Source: Octopus sinensis
Taxonomy: Eukaryota
Direction of reading: 5' to 3'
Length of the DNA stretch: 10,077 nt
Assembly (NCBI RefSeq): GCF_006345805.1
Contig: NW_021827609.1
Span: 1-10,077 of the forward strand
Under the pieces are notes generated by a model, which was not told the origin of the DNA, searched no databases, and saw only the letters and a list, made by a program, of their open reading frames with translations. This document shows positions 5,713 to 10,077 of this stretch, one piece after another; the stretch's first letter is position 1; each line of letters starts with the position of its first letter. The translations under genes were made by a program, and so were the position numbers.

Positions 5713-8700
5713 ATGACGCCACTGCTCCCCGTCCCAGGGCCTCTAGGGCCATACCTTCCACACCCTCAGGTTGGCACTCTCAACGTTGGCACACTGAAAG
5801 GTAGGTCTGGTGAGATTGTTGAGATGCTTGAACGGAGACATGTTGATATATGTTGCATCATCCAAGAAGTAAGGTGGAGAGGCGGTTCTGCTAGGTTCCT
5901 CACAGGCAAAGGACACAGTTACAAGATTTTCTAGGCAGGAAACACTGACGGGTTTGGAGGCGTGGGTATACTTATCGCTGAGAAATGGGTAGAGAGTAAG
6001 TTGAGGTAATCAGAGTATGTGACAGAATACTTAAGATTAGAATAGTCTTCATCATGGATTAGCAACCATTATTTCGGCCTATGCCCCTCAGCCCGGGCTA
6101 CCGATGGACAGAAAGACAGTTCTATGACACCCTACTGCAGACTACCTCGTTGACGAACGACAGAGACCTTCTCTTTGTGGCTGGTGATTTCAATGGGCAT
6201 GTTGGACGACATGCTGGTGGCTTCCATGGTGGTACATGGAAGCTATGGCTATGGTTCCCGCACGAGGAGGGAACCAGGCTCCTGAGTTCTGCGACGCAAA
6301 TGATCTCATGGTTTGCAACACTAACTTTAGGAAACCTACCAGCCACCTAGTCACCTACCGATCGGGTCGACATACCAGCCAAATTGGCTACATCCTTGCC
6401 AGGAAAAAGGAAAGATGGCTGCTTATAAATGCCAAAACCTTCCCAGGTGAAGAATGTACCCCACAACATAGACTGGTAGTTAGTGACTTTAGGATCAGGA
6501 CTAAGAGGACGACCAATATGGAGAAGAAGGATCTGGAAGCTTAAAGATCCTGCAAATGGACAGAGATTTAGGGATATATTACTTGAAGCCATTGACGAAG
6601 TAGAAGGGGATAGAGCATCACAGGGTAGAAGACAACTGGACGTTTCTAAGGGACAACCTGCTGAGACCACTGACCAGATCTGTAGCTGGTGCAAAGTCTC
6701 CTCTCGACCTAGAATAACGTGGTGGTGGAACAGGGTGGTAGACAGGGCTATTAGAAAAAGAGACAGGCTTGGAGGGACTGGGAAAATGGGGGTAGCAGGG
6801 AACTGTATCAGACTGCCAAAAGAGAAGCTAGGAGACAGGTTTATTTAGCCAGAGGGGAAGCGGATAAGAAAAAAATTGCCATGTTCTGCGCCGTGAGGAC
6901 CAAAAACTTGAGGTATTTCGCGTTGCAAGACAGTGTGTGAGAGAGAATCGTGATGTGGTAGGAGAGAAATGTGTTCGCATGGATGATGGTTCACTTGCGC
7001 TAAATGAGGATGGAAAGAGAGAGGTGTGGAGACGCCACAATGAAAGGTTGCTGAATGAAGAAAATGATGGGATAAAGAGAGTCTGCTGCCGAATGTCGAC
7101 CCAACAGAGGGACCAGCTATCCGAGTTGATAGTTCCTTGGTAGTTAAGGCAATTAGAAGCATGAAGACAGGAAAGCCCCAGGCCCATCAGGATTACTGCA
7201 GAGATGCTCAAAATAGCTGGTAGTGTTGGCTATAGCCTAGTCACCCGTATAGTTAACCAGGTAATACACGAAGGAGCCATACCCAATGACTGTGTAGCAG
7301 CATAATAGTCAACTGCTACAAAGGTAAAGGTGACGCCCTAGATACAAATAATTACAGAGGTATCAAGCTGTTAGATCAGGTAATGAAGGTTACGGAGAGG
7401 GTCATAGCCCAACTAATTAGAGAGAGAGTTAGCTTAGATGAGATGCAGTTTGGATTCGTGCCAGAGAAAAGCACCACTGATGCCATCCTGGTAAGACAGC
7501 TGCAGGAGAAATATCTAGCCAAAGGTAAGCCCCTGTACCTGGCTTTCGTTGACATGGAGAAAGCTTTCGACAGGGTCCCCCGATCCCTCATCTGGTGGTC
7601 AATGAGGAAACTAGGGATAGATGAATGGTTAGTGAGAGCTGTGCAAGCCATGTACAGGGACGCTGCTAGTAAGGTGAGGGTTGGCTACGAGTACAGTGAA
7701 GAATTCCGGGTAGAGGTAGGGGTCCACCAAGGTTCAGCCCTCAGCCCCCTCCTATTTATCGTTGTCCTCCAGGCAATAACGGAAGAATTCAAGACAGGAT
7801 GCTCCTGGGAGCTCCTCTGTGCTAATGACCTTGCTCTAATTGCTGAGTCACTATCAGAACTGGAGGAGAAGTTTCAGGTGTGGAAGCAAGGATTAGAATC
7901 GAAGGGCCTTAGAGTCAACCTAGCTAAAACCAAAGTCTTAATAAGTAGGAAGGTAGACAAGTCACAAACGCCTTCAGGTAGATGGCCTTGCTCGATCTGT
8001 AGAAAAGGTGTAGGTAGAAACTCTATAAGATGCACCACGTGTAAGCTATGGACACACAAGAGGTGCAGCAATGTCATAGGAAGGCTAACTAGGAAGATGG
8101 TTTTTGTATGTGGCAGATGCTCAGGAGCAATAAACACTGAAAATGCTCTGAGACCAACTTCCGTTACTTTCGAGGGAGAAAAACTAGAAATAGTTGATAG
8201 CTTCCGTTACCTAGGTGATCAAGTCAGTAGTTGGGGTGAGTGTGCTGAAAGTGTAACTGCTAGAGTAAGAATAGCCTGGGCAAAGTTCAGAGAGCTCTTA
8301 CCTCTGCTGGCGACCAAAGGCCTCTCGCTCAGAGTAAAAGGCAGACTGTATGATGCATGTGTACGTACAGCCATGCTACATGGTAGTGAAACATGGGCCG
8401 TGACTGCTGAGGATATGCGTAAGCTCGCAAGAAATGAAGCCAGTATGCTCCGATGGATGTGTAATGTCAGTGTTCATACCCGACAGAGTGTAAGTATCTT
8501 GAGAAAAAAGTTGGACCTAAGAAACATCAGTTGTGGTGTGCAAGAGAGACGTTTGCGCTGGTATGGCCATGTGGCGAGAATGGATGAAGATAGTTGTGTG
8601 AAAAAGTGCCACACCCTAGCTGTTGAGGGAATCTGTGGAAGAGGTAGACCCAGGAAAACCTGGGACGAGGTGGTGAAGCACGACCTTCGAACTTAAGGTC

Positions 8701-8774
8701 TCACCGAGGAAATGACTAGAGACCGAGACCTTTGGAAATATGCTGTGCATGAGAAGACCCGGCAGGGCAAGTGA
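5713..8774 (+). pseudogene. Disrupted RTE ORF: AP endonuclease + reverse transcriptase + PHD finger
   Basis: APE motifs: GTLNV, QEVRW, AYAP (frameshifted), AGDFNGHVG, SQIGY (D lost), QHRLV. RT motifs: NYRGIKLL, QFGF, FVDMEKAFDRV, GVHQGSALSP, CAND (for YADD), FRYLG. In-frame stops at 5932 and 8694 plus several frameshifts. The natural stop is probably TGA at 8772-8774 after DRDLWKYAVHEKTRQGK. Confidence 0.93.
7989..8120 (+). other. C4HC3 PHD-type zinc finger coding segment within the RT ORF
   Basis: CSIC-x10-CTTC-x4-H-x2-C-x14-CGRC, lying between NLAKTKVL and the FRYLG motif. Confidence 0.82.
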
Positions 8775-8863
8775 GACCATCACCCATGGCCTCAGTCCAC
8801 TTATGCATATCTTTCCTTCTTGGGACACAAAACCCTACTTGTGAAGACCTGTTGAGGCAAGTG

Positions 8864-8928
8864 AAAATCAAAAAATCAAAAAATCAAAATCAAAAAATCA
8901 AAAAATGACAAAATCAAAAATCAAAATC
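8864..8928 (+). repeat. A-rich (A4-6 TC)n repeat in the RTE 3' UTR
   Basis: aaaatc/aaaaaatc units. The reverse complement is present at about 5197-5228. Confidence 0.9.
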
Positions 8929-8967
8929 GATCAACATGAATGGAAATTGTCGCTGTGATTCAGTGCT

Positions 8968-9220
8968 GGTGGTACATAAGAGAACCATCCGAACGTGGCC
9001 GTTGCCAGTGCTAGTGGCATGTAAAAAGCACCATCCGACCGTGGCCATTGCCAGCCTCGCCTGGCCTCCGTGCCGGTGGCACGTAAAAAGCACCATCCGA
9101 CCGTGGCCATTGCCAGCCTCGCCTGGCCTCCGTGCCGGTGGCACGTAAAAAGCACCATCCGACCGTGGCCGTTTACCAGACTTGTATGGCACCTGTGCAG
9201 GTGGCACGTAAAAAGCACCC
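8968..9220 (+). repeat. 62-63-bp tandem repeats in the RTE 3' UTR
   Basis: GTAAAAAGCA at 9021, 9083, 9145 and 9208, plus a degenerate upstream unit. The units at 9083 and 9145 are preceded by the hairpin CGTGCC-GGT-GGCACG. Confidence 0.92.
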
Positions 9221-9375
9221 ACTACGCTCACGGAGTGGTTGGCGTTAGGAAGGGCATCCAGCCGTAGAAACATTGCCAGATCAGACTGGGCCTGGTGCAG
9301 CCTTCTGGCTTCTCAGACCCCAGTTGCAAAGTCCAACCCATGCTAGCATGGAAAGCGGATGCTAAACGATGATGG

Positions 9376-9523
9376 TATATATATATGTATATATATATAT
9401 GTATATATATGTGTGTATATATGTATGTATATAGATATATAGATATATTATATATATATATAGATATATATATTATATAGATGTATGTATATATAGATAT
9501 ATATATATATAGATGTATGTATG

Positions 9524-9568
<45 letters not shown>

Positions 9569-9618
9569 GTATATATATATATATTATAGGTATGTGTATG
9601 TATATATAGATATATATC

Positions 9619-9649
<31 letters not shown>

Positions 9650-9692
9650 GTATATCTATATTATATATATATATATATTATTTATGTATGTG

Positions 9693-9728
<36 letters not shown>

Positions 9729-9782
9729 ATGTATGTGTATATATATATATATAATATATATATATATATTTATGTATGTGTA

Positions 9783-9835
<53 letters not shown>

Positions 9836-9872
9836 CGTGTATAGATATTATTACTATATATATATTATATAT
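9376..9872. repeat. Long compound (TA)n/(TATG)n/(TAGA) microsatellite
   Basis: Direct reading. Confidence 0.97.
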
Positions 9873-10077
9873 CGGTAGAAAATATTTCCAGTGGAGAAAC
9901 ACATGGTGGATATATATAAAAGAGAAAAGATGAAAAAATCAGAAGATTTGTTTCACAGGATTTAGGGGATATTAGAGCCATGGAAAAAAAAGATATCTAA
10001 TTTTGTACAAAAAAAGGTTTGTCCTTTCAAAATAATTGAAGGACCGGTTTCGAGTTGCTTATCAAACTGAGAGTTGA
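9873..10077 (-). mobile_element. Possible Penelope-like pLTR fragment, truncated by the window end
   Basis: The minus strand carries CGAAACCGGTC (plus 10042-10052), the 3' half of PLE-type minimal hammerheads. Its 3' side abuts (TA)n, as in 4467-4671. Confidence 0.4.

Larger units (their letters stand above)
5709..9374 (+). mobile_element. Near-full-length, inactivated RTE-clade non-LTR retrotransposon (5' boundary uncertain; 5229-5708 may be its 5' UTR)
   Basis: Single APE-RT ORF architecture with no ORF1, C-terminal GRGRPRKTW and DRxxW motifs typical of RTE, a 3' UTR with tandem repeats and a short GATGATG tail. No TSD identified. Confidence 0.93.

Noticed and set aside
7383-8696. Functional or domesticated RT gene (437-aa ORF)
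   Set aside because: The catalytic YADD is mutated to CAND, the N-terminus is frameshifted and the C-terminus is cut by a premature stop. This is consistent with neutral decay.
9513-9902. Tyr/Ile-rich ORFs (also 4420-4728)
   Set aside because: Artefacts of (TA)n, which lacks stops in alternating frames.

Overview
Eukaryotic, repeat-dense, apparently non-genic window; I see no convincing host exon. The repeat families look like those I associate with octopus/coleoid cephalopod genomes (inference from memory, no search run). In order: unassigned sequence (1-1420) interrupted by a tRNA-derived SINE with a duplicated head and a perfect 15-bp TSD; a 23 x 42-bp minisatellite that stays open as a 329-aa ORF; a diverged 144-bp dimer; a probable Helitron 3' end; a second tRNA-SINE; a Penelope-like fragment with a degenerate minimal hammerhead; two 5'-truncated minus-strand RTE 3' tails; and a near-full-length but dead RTE-clade LINE (APE + RT with an internal C4HC3 PHD finger, 5709-9374). 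The window ends in a long (TA)n tract and a second Penelope-like hammerhead half-motif. The RT is an ordinary inactivated LINE, and I see no sequence evidence linking it to the 42-bp array. The best leads are the PHD finger inside the RT, the hammerhead motifs, the inverted RTE tails (possible dsRNA) and the length-conserved 42-bp array.
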